Shown here one piece after another: positions 37,157-49,109 of a stretch of DNA of 59,776 nucleotides. A program made the position numbers and the translations under genes. Under the pieces are notes generated by a model, which was not told the DNA's origin, made no database searches, and worked only from the letters and a program-made list of their open reading frames with translations. The stretch covers positions 1,664,635 to 1,724,410 of the forward strand of contig NC_057751.1 in NCBI RefSeq assembly GCF_004010195.1, read 5' to 3'. Position 1 is the first letter of the stretch, and every line of letters starts with the position of its first letter. This stretch comes from Chiloscyllium plagiosum (taxonomy: Eukaryota).

Positions 37157-38224
37157 GTCACGTTTTCCTTTGAAGCTGGAAGGCGATGCATGTCCGGAGA
37201 AGGCAATTTTGAGTTTGATACCAGACAGGGGAATGACATTTTCCACATCATTACATCTGCCATCCAAGAACAGAAACAACGGAATGAGTCAGATAATCAG
37301 CTGTCTCGCAGTTTGGAGAATGAAACTGCTCTAAGTTCCAGGCCCCTCCCAATCCCCGCTCATGGGCTGGAAGAGGAGACATGGCAACGAGATTTTGGTG
37401 AAGAACAAGGACAGAGTTCAACCAGCGTCAAAGCTGAGTTTTCGAATGCCACTCTTCCATCTCTGAGGTCTCTGTCTCTGGAGTCAGTCTGCGATACCAA
37501 GTCTTCCTCCACAATGCCATTCAGACAGGCAGTAAAGGGTCACCACAGTTATCCAGCAGCTGGAGCCACAGGGAATATGGCTCAACTCCCAGATGTCCAG
37601 TCGACTTATTCAGAGGTCAGGGACGTGGTTGCAAAGTCCAGTTCACGAGGAAATGCAAAATCAACCAAAACTCACACTGGGAAGAAATCAGAGAATCAGT
37701 CTGCACCAGAGTCTGATTATGCTATTCCCTTTGACGCAATCGCAAAGACATTGCGCTTCCCACCTTTGAGTGGACTGCCTACCATCCAACAGGACAATAA
37801 TGCTCCTGAGAAGACATTCTCAACATTTTTCCCTCAAGGTCTGGAAGAATGTGCAGACCCTCTTTATGATACCATAGACGAGTCTAACATCCGAGGAAAA
37901 GCAAACCCAGCTTCATCCAGGAACCTGTCCAAGGACCACATCTATGATGAACCCGAAGGGGTGGCCACTCCTTCCATCTATGATAACCCAGAAGAGGTGA
38001 AAGGCCATGCATGGAAGCTTCAGGGCTTGGACTGTGATACACAGGGGCATGAGTACCCATACAACCCAAACATGGATGACTATGCAGTGCCAAAAACAGC
38101 AACTCAAGCCTTCGCCAAAAAGAAATCGAGAGAAAGGCTGTATCAAAAGGACAACACTGGAGCATTGGAAAGTGAATATGACAATGTACTGGTAAAAATC
38201 TCAGAGAAAAAGGGAACCAAATAA
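37157..38224 (+). CDS. DOK2: DOK2-like terminal coding exon: PTB C-half plus Tyr-rich tail (355 aa + TAA)
   Basis: Acceptor tgttgtttttctAG at 37155-37156. VTFSFEAGRRCMSGEGNFEFDTRQGNDIF is DOK2-type (DOK1 has VMFSFEAGRRCPSGPGTFTF). Tail motifs YAIPFDAIA, HIYDEPEGVA, YDNPEE and EYDNVLVK resemble DOK2. Contains the 344-aa ORF 37190-38224. Confidence 0.95.
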   Translation, partial: VTFSFEAGRRCMSGEGNFEFDTRQGNDIFHIITSAIQEQKQRNESDNQLSRSLENETALSSRPLPIPAHGLEEETWQRDFGEEQGQSSTSVKAEFSNATLPSLRSLSLESVCDTKSSSTMPFRQAVKGHHSYPAAGATGNMAQLPDVQSTYSEVRDVVAKSSSRGNAKSTKTHTGKKSENQSAPESDYAIPFDAIAKTLRFPPLSGLPTIQQDNNAPEKTFSTFFPQGLEECADPLYDTIDESNIRGKANPASSRNLSKDHIYDEPEGVATPSIYDNPEEVKGHAWKLQGLDCDTQGHEYPYNPNMDDYAVPKTATQAFAKKKSRERLYQKDNTGALESEYDNVLVKISEKKGTK

Positions 38225-38228
38225 TAAA
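38223..38228 (+). promoter_or_regulatory. AATAAA hexamer overlapping the tandem TAA TAA stop codons (possible proximal polyA signal)
   Basis: Sequence aaa TAA TAA agc contains AATAAA at 38223-38228. Confidence 0.3.
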
Positions 38229-38409
38229 GCAAAAGGCCAGGTGGGGCTCAGCCATCTGGTTTGAAAGTGAGCTGATTGGAAGTGAGCTGGGAAGGCTTAT
38301 AGCTGGAGGAGACACTCAGAGACGCTGCAAGCTGCCTGAATCACACCTGTTGGTTTGGTGCTGTGAGTGAAAATAGGAGACAATTCTCAGAACATGAGCC
38401 TTTCCAGAA

Positions 38410-39660
38410 TCACAGTGTTTCAGAACAGAACAGAAAGAGGCCTTTCAGTCCACCATACCGAACTGGCCTCTCCAAATCAGCATCTGAACTTTGTGCCTTT
38501 CTCCAGCCTTTTCCCCAGCATCTTGCACATTGTTTCCACTGAAATAATCAGCTAATACCCTCTTGCATGCCTCAATTGAAACCTGCCTTCACCAAATTTC
38601 CAGGCACCATTTTCCAGACCCAAACCACTCATCGTGTGCATGTGTTTTTATTTTCTCTCATCATATTTGCCTCTTTTCAGATCACTTAAAATCTGTGCCC
38701 TCTCATTCTTGCTCTTTTTCTGACTGAGAACTGTTTCTTCTGATCCAACTATCCAGCCTGCTTATGATTTTGGAAAGTTACCAGATCTCCCCTTGGCCCT
38801 CTTCTGCCCACAGAGAACAGTCCCAATGTCTCCATAACTGAATGTTCTCAACCTTGGAATTATCCCAGTAAATCTCTTCTGCACCTTCCCCAATATGTTC
38901 ACATCCTTCCTATAAGGTGACACCCACAGGTGTACCCAGCTGAGGTCTAACAAGTGTCTTGTACATGGTCAACATTGTCTTGCTGTGGTCTTCCATGCCC
39001 TGATTAATAAGGCCGAAAACTCTGTGCACTTTATTAATTGTTCTTTCCATCTTCAATGATCTATGTACATTTCTACTCAGGTCCCTCTGCTCAATGCAGC
39101 CCTTTTAGAATTGTATCCCCTATTTTCTTCACAAGCCTGTTGTGTAGTACCGTATCTGGAACATTGTCTGAAAATCTATTTACAGCACATGACCAGTATT
39201 CCCATCACTGACCCTTCACCTTAACCTCCTCATAAATCTGAAGACTTCAATAAAGTTAGTTTCACATGACCTCCCCTTTGGAAGGCTGGCTCTTCCAAAC
39301 AACCGTCCTTTTTCATGTGACTCCTCGTTCTACACCAATTCTTGTTTTGTGAGGTTTCCTCACCATTGAAGTTAAACTGACTGGCCATGGTAACTGCTCA
39401 GCTTATCCTTACAACCTTTTTTACAAACACGACCATGATACTTGTGGTTCTCCAGTTCAGGAAAAACTGTGAGATTGCAGCCAGCGGCCCAACAATTTCC
39501 ACACTCATTCCCTTCAATCACAGAGCCTTGTCACATGAGGACCAACAGTCTATCCAGCCTCATCAATTTTGTACCATTTTAATAACGGAGTTTCCTCCTT
39601 TGTCACCATGGCCTATGTAACTTCGACATCCTTGGTAAATACAGATGCAAAATATTCATT
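38410..39660 (-). mobile_element. Old CR1 LINE fragments just downstream of the DOK2 stop
   Basis: Minus-strand remnant WVSPYRKDVNILGKVQKRFTGIIPRL. Confidence 0.75.
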
Positions 39661-39695
39661 TCCTATCTCAGCTATGCCTCTGACCCCCATTTGTC

Positions 39696-39904
39696 TGTTA
39701 AGAGGTTAGCCAAATGGACCTCACAGAATCTGAGTTCCCTGGGTGGGGCTGGTAATCTGGTCCAATCTGGAAACCCTGGCTGACAGATAAAAATGGGAGT
39801 GGCAGGGATCCTGCTCACTCTGGGAGCTGGCTGTGAGGGAGCTGGATCAGCGTCAAGGACTGCCCACATGTAAGTGAAGGGGGACTTGGTGCAGAATTAC
39901 TTCA
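39696..39904 (+). mobile_element. Solo LTR-like repeat, copy 2 (TG...CA)
   Basis: TGttaagaggttagcc...ttacttCA; homologous to 24112-24295. Confidence 0.6.
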
Positions 39905-39914
39905 AACCTCTTTT

Positions 39915-40040
39915 TAGAGTCATAGAGATGTACAGTATGGAAACAGACCCTTTGGTCCAACCCGTCCATGCCGATCAGATTTCCCAACCCAATCTAGTCC
40001 CACCTGCCAGCACCCAGCCCATATCCCTCCAAACCCTTCC
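39915..40040 (-). mobile_element. CR1 (HER1-like) extreme 3' end
   Basis: agagtcatagagatgtacagtatggaaacagaccc..., same family as the copies at 23050, 46020 and 51275. Confidence 0.85.
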
Positions 40041-41084
40041 GATTTGGTTCCTAATGAGCCCTACTCCTTGTTCTACCACACTTTCATTATTTATTTACAT
40101 TGAGGGGTCCTCAATATACATTGGGTTTACACCTATTGAAGATTCTTTGCCCATAAGAATAATATAAATACAGGGCAATAGAGACTGTAAAAGTGTTAAA
40201 GTCACCTTCCCCCACACAAAGCAACAGATTAAAGTAGGGATAGAGACTTAAAGGGATGTTGTGTTTCATATTGAGCAACCAAAATATGGGCTCTACATGT
40301 ACTGTACAGTACAACACAATGTTAACACTGAGATGACATAACGTAATTCGAAGCATCAGACAGGATTCTGGGAGTTGTGCTAAGATGGTGGCACAGACAT
40401 GCGTTACAAGTTGAATGTTTTCTATCCTAAGCTAAAGTGAGTCAAAAACGATGCAATGACATGGGAAATGTTAAGATTCATTCCTCACAACCTCAGCAAT
40501 GTGAATGTGAAGCAACATGTTTCACGGCAACAGATATTCCAGACCCCCTGTCGAAGACTTTGGGATTCCCCTTTCTGTTGGTTGTCAGATGTTTCCCATC
40601 ATTCCTCTTTGCTTCTTCAATATGCTGTCTCTTCTCCCTCTGAAACTTGTGCATTCCTGTTGGCTCCTGGTTGTATTTTCTACCAGTTGCCTTCTGCAAG
40701 CACTCGCATTTTGTCTTTATCTTAACTTGAATCTCTTGTATTGTCAGGGAGCTCTGGATTTGTTTGCCCTCGCTTTCCCTTCTGAGGGAATGTAATTTGA
40801 CTATACCAGCACCATCTCCTCTTTGAAGGTAACCCATTGCTCATTTACAGGTTTCTCCATCATCCCTTCACTCCAGTCCATCCGGCCCAGTTCAGGTCTT
40901 GCCAATTCTGTGTGGACAGCTGTGAGCAGGCTGCCAGTGTGAACCTATTCAAGGATGAGTACAGCAAGGGGAGGGTCAGGGGAAAGGGTCCCAGCAGTTA
41001 AAGCCTCCTGTCTCAGATTACTCGAAAGAAACTATGATTGCAGTGATAGCCTTCCTTGTGAACCAGCTCAGCTCATTAATTGCC

Positions 41085-41090
41085 AATAAA
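41085..41090 (+). promoter_or_regulatory. Candidate distal polyA signal for DOK2
   Basis: AATAAA in apparently non-repetitive sequence, followed by T-rich cttgttatttcc...tgtattttatttct. Confidence 0.3.
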
Positions 41091-41404
41091 CTTGTTATTT
41101 CCACTTGACCATGTATTTTATTTCTGGGCAAAAGCTATGAATCTGCACAGAAAGTTGACATTTCAGGCCTGTCACCTTTCAGTCGGACTACCTTTGCTCT
41201 GAAATATTAACTCTGACTTTTCAGATGCTGCCTGATCTGCTGAGTATTTCCAACATTTTCTGTTCGCCTTTCGAATCTGCAACCAATTGCAGTTCCACGA
41301 CCTGATGGTCAGGCAGGCTGTCTCTGGGACAGTGCTGTTAAACGCTGGATACTTCGGAGCAGCAAACTTCACAGCAGCTACACAGTCTCAAAGGAATTCT
41401 CAGA

Positions 41405-41616
41405 TGGAAACACAAACTGCTGAAGCTCAGCAGGTCTGGCAGCATCTGTGAAGAGAAATCAGAGTTAACGTTTCAGGTCTGGTGACCCTTCCTCAGAATG
41501 GACCCAAAACATTAACTCTTATTTCTCTTCACAGCTGCTGCCAGACCTGCTGAGCTTTTGCAGCAACTTCTGTTTATGTTTCTAATTTACAGCATCCGCA
41601 GTTCTATCGGTTTTTA
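41405..41616. mobile_element. Palindromic family-B hairpin element
   Basis: Arms gctcagcaggtctggcagcatctgtgaagagaaatcagagttaacgttt and aaacattaactcttatttctcttcacagctgctgccagacctgctgagc. The minus strand has CTGAGGAagggtcaccagacctGAAAcgt. Confidence 0.8.
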
Positions 41617-41689
41617 AGTCTCAGGTATAGTTCTGCTAACTGTTCAACGCTCTTGTTAAACAGCTGTGGCCAACTTTGTAGAATGTAAA

Positions 41690-42030
41690 GGATTACATTG
41701 TTGTAGCACCTTTCTCAGCCTCAGAACACCACCAACTGCTTTTCACAGCCAAGGAGTAACTTTGGCATGAGAGCCAACGTTTGCAAAGTGAGTATCCATG
41801 TGATACTGACTAGATTTTATGTTGTTTCTTGATGTTAGGAAATAAATGCCAGCAAAGACACTGGGGAAAGGTCCACAGTCATGCTTATCTTTTATGTCGA
41901 AATGGGGAGGCAGACAAGTCTTTATTAACATGACAGCAAAAAAACTGCACCTTTGACAGTCCAGCTCCCCCTCAGTAACTGCCCTGCAATAGCCCTCACG
42001 TGATCGTTGTGTATTGGATTTGGAATTACA
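41690..42030 (-). mobile_element. Old DeuSINE copy
   Basis: tgtagcacctttctcagcctcagaacacc...aaactgcacctttgacagtccagctccccctcagtaactg. Confidence 0.55.
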
Positions 42031-42119
42031 GGATGGTATAACACAGACGGAGGTTTAGCTATCCTGGTGCTGCCTGTCATTGACTGAGTTTCTGTCATTC
42101 TACAGGGCATTGCTGCGGA

Positions 42120-42630
42120 ATTCCACACGTGGAATACTGTGTGCAGTTTTGGTCTCCTTACTTCAAGGAAGGACATTCTTGCTATAGAGAAAGTGCAGAA
42201 TAGATTCCTGGGATGGCAGGACTGACAGACGATGAGTCGGTTCGGATTGTATTCAGTGGTGTTTAGAAGAATGAAGATCGGACAGGTTAGATGGAGGAAG
42301 GATGGTGGGAGAGGCCAGAACAAGGAGTCATAGTTGAAGGACCAGAGGTAAACCATTTACGACAGAGATGAGGAGAAATATCTTCACCCAGAGAGTGGCG
42401 AGCCTGTGGGATTCACAACCAAAGAAAGGGGTTAAGGTTGAAACAGGATCTGTTTTCACGAAGGAGATAGGTATCGTTCTGTGGCTGAAGGAATGAAGGA
42501 ACCCTGTGGGGGAGGGTGGCTGGATTAGGGTCGTGAGTTTGATGATCAGCCGTGATCATTATGACTGGGGGAGCAGGCAGGTTTGAGGGGTCAAATGGTC
42601 TACTTCTGCTCCAATCTTCCATGTTTCCAA
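42120..42630 (+). mobile_element. CR1 LINE 3' fragment
   Basis: ggaatactgtgtgcagttttggtctccttac...gagatgaggagaaatatcttcacccagagagtgg. Confidence 0.82.
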
Positions 42631-43619
42631 ATTAATCAAAAAAACAATTTGCATTTAAACAGTGCCCCTTCATGCAATGAAACATCTTAATCAGCTCTCC
42701 ATTGGCTTCCTGCAGTGATCCAATTCCCTTCAGAAAGTTACTGTGGAACAGCTTCCTCTCGCCATTCAGACAGTGCATTCCAGATCATCATAACTCACTG
42801 GGTGTACACATTCTCCTTCTCTTCCTCTCTGATTTGAAATCTCAGTTCATGAGGTTACTGGCCCACGTGACAGTGAAAACACTTTCTGCCCATTTCTTGG
42901 ATGGAACCCCTCATGATTTTGGAGTTATAAATGTCCTCCTAATCTTCTCTGTTGTCAATGAGAACCTGAAAATCAGATCCTCCAGCTTTATAACAGCAAA
43001 GTACTGCAGATGTTGAAAATTTGAAATAAGATGTGAAAATGTTTAAAATGTACAACAAGTCTGGCAGCATCTGTGGAAAGAGGAATAGAATTCATGTTTC
43101 AAGTCCCAATTGGACTTGTCTTCAGAACTGTTTTTGCAATTTTCTCCTAACTAAAGTCTCTCACTTTTGAAATTGTTGTCATAAATCTCTGCACCTGCCA
43201 CAAGATTTCGACATTCTTTCAAAAGTGTGCTCTGCCATGTTCAGCGGAAACCCAAAGAGGACTTCATAAACATTGAGCCAACTTCCTCCTGGAATGTGAG
43301 CTGTCAATTACTGAGTACCAGAAATACTCAGGGTACAATTGCAAGCCAATTTCTGGAAGGTACATTTTCTGACAGGGATGCCTGGGGAATGGGAGAAATA
43401 ACATTACATGGGATCTGGCACATGGTTTGGTCTCTGTCTGAATCAGCACACTGAGGGTCAACACCACTGGATACTGGACCCTGCCCAAGGAAGGGGACTG
43501 AGGCCCACAGAGAGTCGCTCATTCATCCAATCACAAGGCATGGGATGTTCAATCAGTGTGTGCTGGATCTGAAGCTTTTAGAAAATGCGTTGTGATGGGT
43601 GAGGCCACAATTTATGGTC

Positions 43620-43900
43620 TAAATCACCTACCGACATCACCCACTGCATGCACAGTGCTATGAGGGAGGGAATTCAGGATTAACCCTGGCAAGATAAACC
43701 ACTCAGGATATAATGACTTGGAGGGGAATTTGCAAGTTGTGGTCTTCGCATTCACCTCCTCCCTTATTTCCCAGATGGAAGGAGCTGTTAAAGGAGGCTT
43801 GGTGAGCTCCAGCTGTGCATCTTGGAGACCGTGCACACTGCTGCCACAGTGCGGCAGGAGTGCAGGATCTGATGGGTGGGGTCAATCTACTGGTGAGGAG
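43620..43900 (-). mobile_element. Fragment of the 24295-26030 LINE family
   Basis: gacttggaggggaatttgcaagttgtggt is the reverse complement of accacctgcaagttcccctc seen at about 25820. Confidence 0.65.
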
Positions 43901-45164
43901 CTGACTCAGCAGGTTCCAGTACTGTTGTCAGTTACCCAGCAGAAAGGTGTTGCTGGGTGAAATGTCAGCAAGGTTTGCTGCATTAGAATGCAAAACACAA
44001 ACCAACAAGACAAGAGATGAGGCAGAGGAAGATGAAAACGAAAACAGAAAAACCAAGCAGCTGATCCGGATTTGAGCTTCCTTTCTGCTCTAATTTTAGG
44101 TCCCTGGTTAACCCCAACCTGTACACTCAAATTTTCACACGGAGGGATTGAACAGTGCAGTTAAATTAAAGAAACAAAGATACTTAAAACACTGTTTGTG
44201 GCCTTTGATGGTGCATGTTATCTCATCAACATTTCACCCCTGTCTCATAAACCGATCTAGATTGAGGTAAGGTGCTATGTTCAGGTCACAGGTCCCCAGA
44301 TAATTACTGATCAGGAAGGCTATTTCTAGCCATGTTAATTCATCCGTCCAGAACAACTGTTCTTCTTATTGGAACAGAGATGGACCATTCAGCCCCTCAC
44401 ATCTGTTCTCCCACTCAGTGTGGGCCATGCCAGCCCAAGAACCTCTCATGCGTTCATACCCCTTCATGCCCTAGCTGAGTAAAAATCTATGGACATCAGC
44501 TTTTAGTTGGACTCATATCCACAGCTTAGGGTCCAGGCAGCTGAAGGTGTAACCAACAATGATGGGCTGAAGAAAGGTGAGGATGGAGCAACAAGGTCCC
44601 CAGGACCTTACCATTAACGTCCATTTCTCAGTGGAGTCAGACTCAATTCATGGATAGTTTGACCACCGTTCACCGAGACAGGGGTATGAGTGTTTGGGCC
44701 AATATTCACTGGCTGGTGGGAATGGAATGAGATGGTATCGACAATCAATGCAATAAAACTAAAGACGAGAGGAAACAAGATTTGAATTGGGTTTCATAAG
44801 AACTCGAGACAGGAAAGGAACACAATGAATTTCATTCCCCTGCAATGTTTTAGACAAAGAAGTTTGATTTTGATAGTTGGAGACGGGTTAAACTGGTCTG
44901 ACACATTCACAATTCTTATCATTTTAACGTGACTTCTGACAGCTCATATATGCGGTGCAAATCGTGCAGCACATTGACTTGATCGTAAATAAAAGGGCAC
45001 AAGATAATAAAGGAGGTAATATAAATGTGAAATCTCTGTTTGCCTGATCTATCCACTGTAAATTTTACCGGCTAACACAGTCTGCCATCTTGGTGGTTGC
45101 ATTTTAAGTCTCTGTGAAATATTGTGTGTCACCAGGAGTTTGTAATGAATTTGATTAAATAAAA

Positions 45165-45340
45165 ATTATCCTGCATTTACACAGCATCCTTTGCAACTTC
45201 AGAATATCCCAAAGTGCTTTCGGACCAGTGGAAAAAAAGTGAAGTGTAGATACTGCTGGAAAGAAGGAAACATGGCAGCCAATATCTGCAAAGTAAGATC
45301 CAACAAACTGCAATGTGGTAATGTGCAAATAATCTGTCAA
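45165..45340 (-). mobile_element. DeuSINE 3' tail
   Basis: ctgcatttacacagcatcctttgcaacttcagaatatcccaaagtgcttt...ggaaacatggcagccaat...aagatcccaacaaactgcaatg. Confidence 0.6.
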
Positions 45341-45392
45341 AATAGGTACAGCTTAGAAAACAGGTACAAGGTGAGTTAGAATGGGGTTGGGA

Positions 45393-45414
45393 GTGGGGGG
45401 GGGGGGGGGGGGGG
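45393..45414. repeat. Poly-G tract
   Basis: About 20 consecutive G. Confidence 0.9.
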
Positions 45415-46019
45415 TGGAAGAAAATCAAAATGTTGCTGTCAAGCTTCACAGATAGAAACTGATCATTTGGTGTTCCAGGAAGAGCACATAAACTGATGTG
45501 GAAAAATGGTTGCTTCAAATAATGTCACATCCTCATTCCAATCAATAAGCAGGGTCAGATTTGTGTTACAGGTTGCTCGAGATGTTTTGAACGTTTTGCA
45601 CCCTGTGGATGTATTTCTGCACAAAATCAGACTCCCTGGCAATAGGAAGTTTCAAGAGATGAAGAAAAAGACAAACTGATGGACATGTACAAAGTGAGAG
45701 GATGTGATAACAAGATATTGAGAAAATAATGGTAGGACTGGATAGAGTCAGTATGGATTTATGAAAGGGAAATCATGTTTGGCAAACCTGATCAAGTTTT
45801 TTGAAGATGAAATGGCAGAACAGATAAGGAGCTCAGTTGATGGGATACATGCTCGAGAAAGCATTTGGGAAGGGGACTTAAGTAAACAATGTTAGCATAC
45901 ATGGGCTTGGGGTTAATATACGGGCATGAATTGAACACTGGTTAATTAATGGACAGAAAACATGAGGAATAGGAGGAAATGTGTGACCAGCAGGGTACCA
46001 CAAGGATCAGGTTCCAATT

Positions 46020-46900
46020 ATAGAGTCATAGAGATATACAACATGGAAACAGACCCTTCGGTCCAACTCGTCCATGCCGACCAGATACCCCAACCCAATC
46101 TAGTCCCACCTGCCAGCAAAGGGCCCATATCCCTCCAAACCCTTCCTATTCATATACCCATCCAAATGCATGTTAAATGTTGTAATTGTACCAGCCTACA
46201 CCACATCCTCTGGCAGCCCATTCCATGAACGTACCACCCTCTACGTGAAAAAGTTGCCCCTTAGGTCCGTTTTATATCTTTCCCCTCTCACCCTAAACCT
46301 GTGCCCTCTAGTTTTGGACTCCCCCACCCCAGGGAAAATACCTTGTCCATTTATCCTATCCATGTCCCTCGTGATTTTATAAATCTCTGTAAGGTCACCC
46401 CTCAGCCTCCATCCTCCAGGAAAAACAGCCCCAGCCTCTTCAGCCTCTCTCTGTAGCTCAAATCCTCCAACTCTGGCAACATCCTTGTAAATCTTTTCTC
46501 AACCCTTTCAAGTTTCACAACATTTTTCCGATAGAAAGGAGACAGAACTGCATGCAATATTCCAACAGTGGCCTAACCTGTACAGCCACAACATGACCTC
46601 CCAACTCCTATTCTCAATACTCTGACCAATAAAGGAAAGCACAAACACCTTCTTCACTATCCTATCTACCTGCAACTCTACTTTAAAGGAGCTATGAACC
46701 TGCACTCCAAGGTCTCTTTGTTCAGCAACACTTCCTTGGACCTTACCATTAAGTGTATAAGTCCTGCTAAGATTTGCTTTCCCAAAATGCAGCACTTCGC
46801 ATTTATCTGAATTAAACTCCATCTGCCACTTCTCAGCCCATTGGCCCATCTGGTCCAGATCCTGTTGTAATCTGAGGTAACCTTCTTTGCTGTCCTATTC
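46020..46900 (-). mobile_element. Young CR1 (HER1-like) LINE 3' fragment
   Basis: Encodes MGQWAEKWQMEFNSDKCEVLHFGKAN...EQRDLGVQVHSS. Confidence 0.92.
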
Positions 46901-47384
46901 ACAATCATAAAGATCAATCGGATTTTTTGGACTGTGGCCTTAAAAGTGGAAAGCTATATTCTTTTTCAAACCATTGGGACTGCCAAAGAAAATGAAGCTG
47001 TTTAATAAAAAACTACTGTATCTGTAAGGTTCCCTTATTCAAGCAGTGGGGGAGGAGGGGAGACATTTCAGTTCCTTGGGGTTAGGGCGAAGGTTAAGAA
47101 CTACACCGTTTTGCCGAGTGATGACGTCTGATTGATTTTTCAACCAGAACCAGTTCTGTGTTCAGGAGTGTGCAGCACAGTGACAGCTTCCTGATTGGTT
47201 GTTGGGTGAGTGTGACCAGCTAGGAACATCGAGTTCACACTGTTACCTCACAGGGCCAGGGACTTGGGTTTGATTCCGGCCTTGGCTGACCGTACGGAGT
47301 TTGCATGTTCTCCATGTGTCTTTGTGGGTTTCACACTGGACACTGCATGGCGATTTAGTATGGCAACTCCACTCAAACTGCACA

Positions 47385-47680
47385 GGGTCAGAGAGTCATA
47401 CAGCATGGAAACAGATGCCAAGGTCCAACCAGTCCATGCCAAACACAATTCCAAACTAAACTAGTCCCACCTGCCTGCTCCTGGCCCATATCCTTGCAAA
47501 CCTTTACTATTCATGCACTTATCTAAGTCACTTTGAAATGTTGTAACTGTACCCACATCCATCACTTCCTCAGGAAGTTCATTTCACACACAAACCGCCT
47601 TCTATGTAAAAAAATTGCCCCTCATGTCTTTTTTAAATCTCTCTCCTTTCACCTTAAAGATATGCCTCCGAGTCTTGTAT
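47385..47680 (-). mobile_element. CR1 3' end, flanked by V-SINE heads at about 47245-47335 (+) and 47683-47830 (-)
   Basis: Encodes KGERFKKDMRGNFFT; the neighbouring segments carry V-SINE motifs. Confidence 0.75.
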
Positions 47681-48219
47681 CTGGACTGTGAGAGGAAAGT
47701 GGAACACCCAAAGGAAACCCATGCAGACATGGGGAGAATTTCACACAGACAGTCACCTGATGGTGGAATTGAATTTGGATCCCTGGTGCTGTGAAGCAAC
47801 AGGATTAGCCATTGAGCCACCATGCCACCTGAGAGTATAAGAAAATGTTTAAATTGTCCATTTTATTACGAAGAACAAAAGACAAGCAGGTGAGCAAAAT
47901 GATGAAAGAGTGACGAAAGAGATCTCTGAGTTGGAGAGGTCAGGGTGATCACTGAAGGCTAGCATGCAGGTACACCAAGTAATGAGGAAGGCGAATGGAA
48001 TATAATCATTTAGTGTGAGGGGAACTGACAACAAAAGTGGAGAGGCAGTGTTTTAGTTATTCTGGGCACTAATGAGTTGACATCTGGAGTCCTGCATCCA
48101 GTATTGGTGACCTGATTTCAGGAAGCATTGGGAGCAGTCGAGAGAAGGTTTACCAGTTGAATACCTGGTATGGGCAGGTTCTTATATGAGGAAGGCATGT
48201 GTCTGCTGGAGTTTAGAAG

Positions 48220-48356
48220 TCAGAAGTCACATGACACCAGGTTAAAGTACATCATGTGAAGGAGCAGCGCACTGAAAGCTTGTGATTTCAAATGAATTTC
48301 TTGGGCTGTAATCTGGTGTTGTGTGACTTCTGACTTTGTCCACCCAGACCAACACA
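48220..48356. mobile_element. Family-C Penelope-like hairpin nested in CR1 (47940-48640)
   Basis: Arms agtcagaagtcacatgacaccag and ctggtgttgtgtgacttctgact; centre gtgaaggagcagcgcactgaaagcttgtg; flanks gagtttagaag and gagttgagaag. Confidence 0.7.
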
Positions 48357-49109
48357 GCAGAGTTGAGAAGAGTCAGAGGTGACTTGAGTGAAACATGTCA
48401 CATCCTGAGCAGACAGGGTGGATGTGAAAACGATGTTTCCCTTCACGGGAGAATCCAGAACTGGGGATCATTATTTAAAATATTTTCTCACAAGGGTTGA
48501 GAGTCTTTGGTAACTTTGTCTAGAAAAGATGGTGGGGAGTTGGAATGCTTTTTAAGAATGCAATGGATAGTTTATGAGCAAGTAACGCGATAAGAAGTTA
48601 CATCAGTCGAAGATCAGCCAGGATTTCACTGAATGGCAGAGGTGAGCTTCTGTTTCTTCAGCTGGAGTACTGCAGAACGTTCTCAGGGCCCATACTGTGG
48701 GATGGATAATAACGCAATGCGGAGTGCAGACGAGATTTACAAGAACAGTTCCAGGATAAGAGACATCAGTGATGAGGTTCGAGAGGGAAGGATGTTCCCC
48801 TTGGGGTAGAGAAGATTGAGGGAAATTCTCAGACAAACTTTCAGAGTCAAGGGTGGGCTGGATGGAGTACTTAGAGAGAAACTATTTTTGTTTATAAAAG
48901 GATCAAAAAAGAGATTTAAAGAGATTAGCCAAAGAAGCAAATAAGATGGAAGAAAAATATTTTTCACACAGTGAGTGACTGGGGTCTGAAATGTATTATC
49001 TTGTAGTGGAAACAGCTTTCAAATTCACACATTCAAGGGGGCATTGGATGATTATTTAAATCCAAATGATATGTGAGGACTTCTGGCAGCTTACAGCATT
49101 GAAAATGAT

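Larger units (their letters stand above)
10709..38224 (+). other. DOK2: DOK2-like gene span, 5'-partial; introns 11009-13513 (2505 bp), 13632-33313 (19682 bp), 33487-37156 (3670 bp)
   Basis: The four exons total 300+118+173+1068 = 1659 nt, i.e. 552 aa plus stop, in one continuous frame with GT-AG junctions. Confidence 0.9.

Noticed and set aside
37884..38315. 143-aa antisense ORF over the last DOK2 exon
   Set aside because: Shadow of the real coding exon with no recognisable homology.
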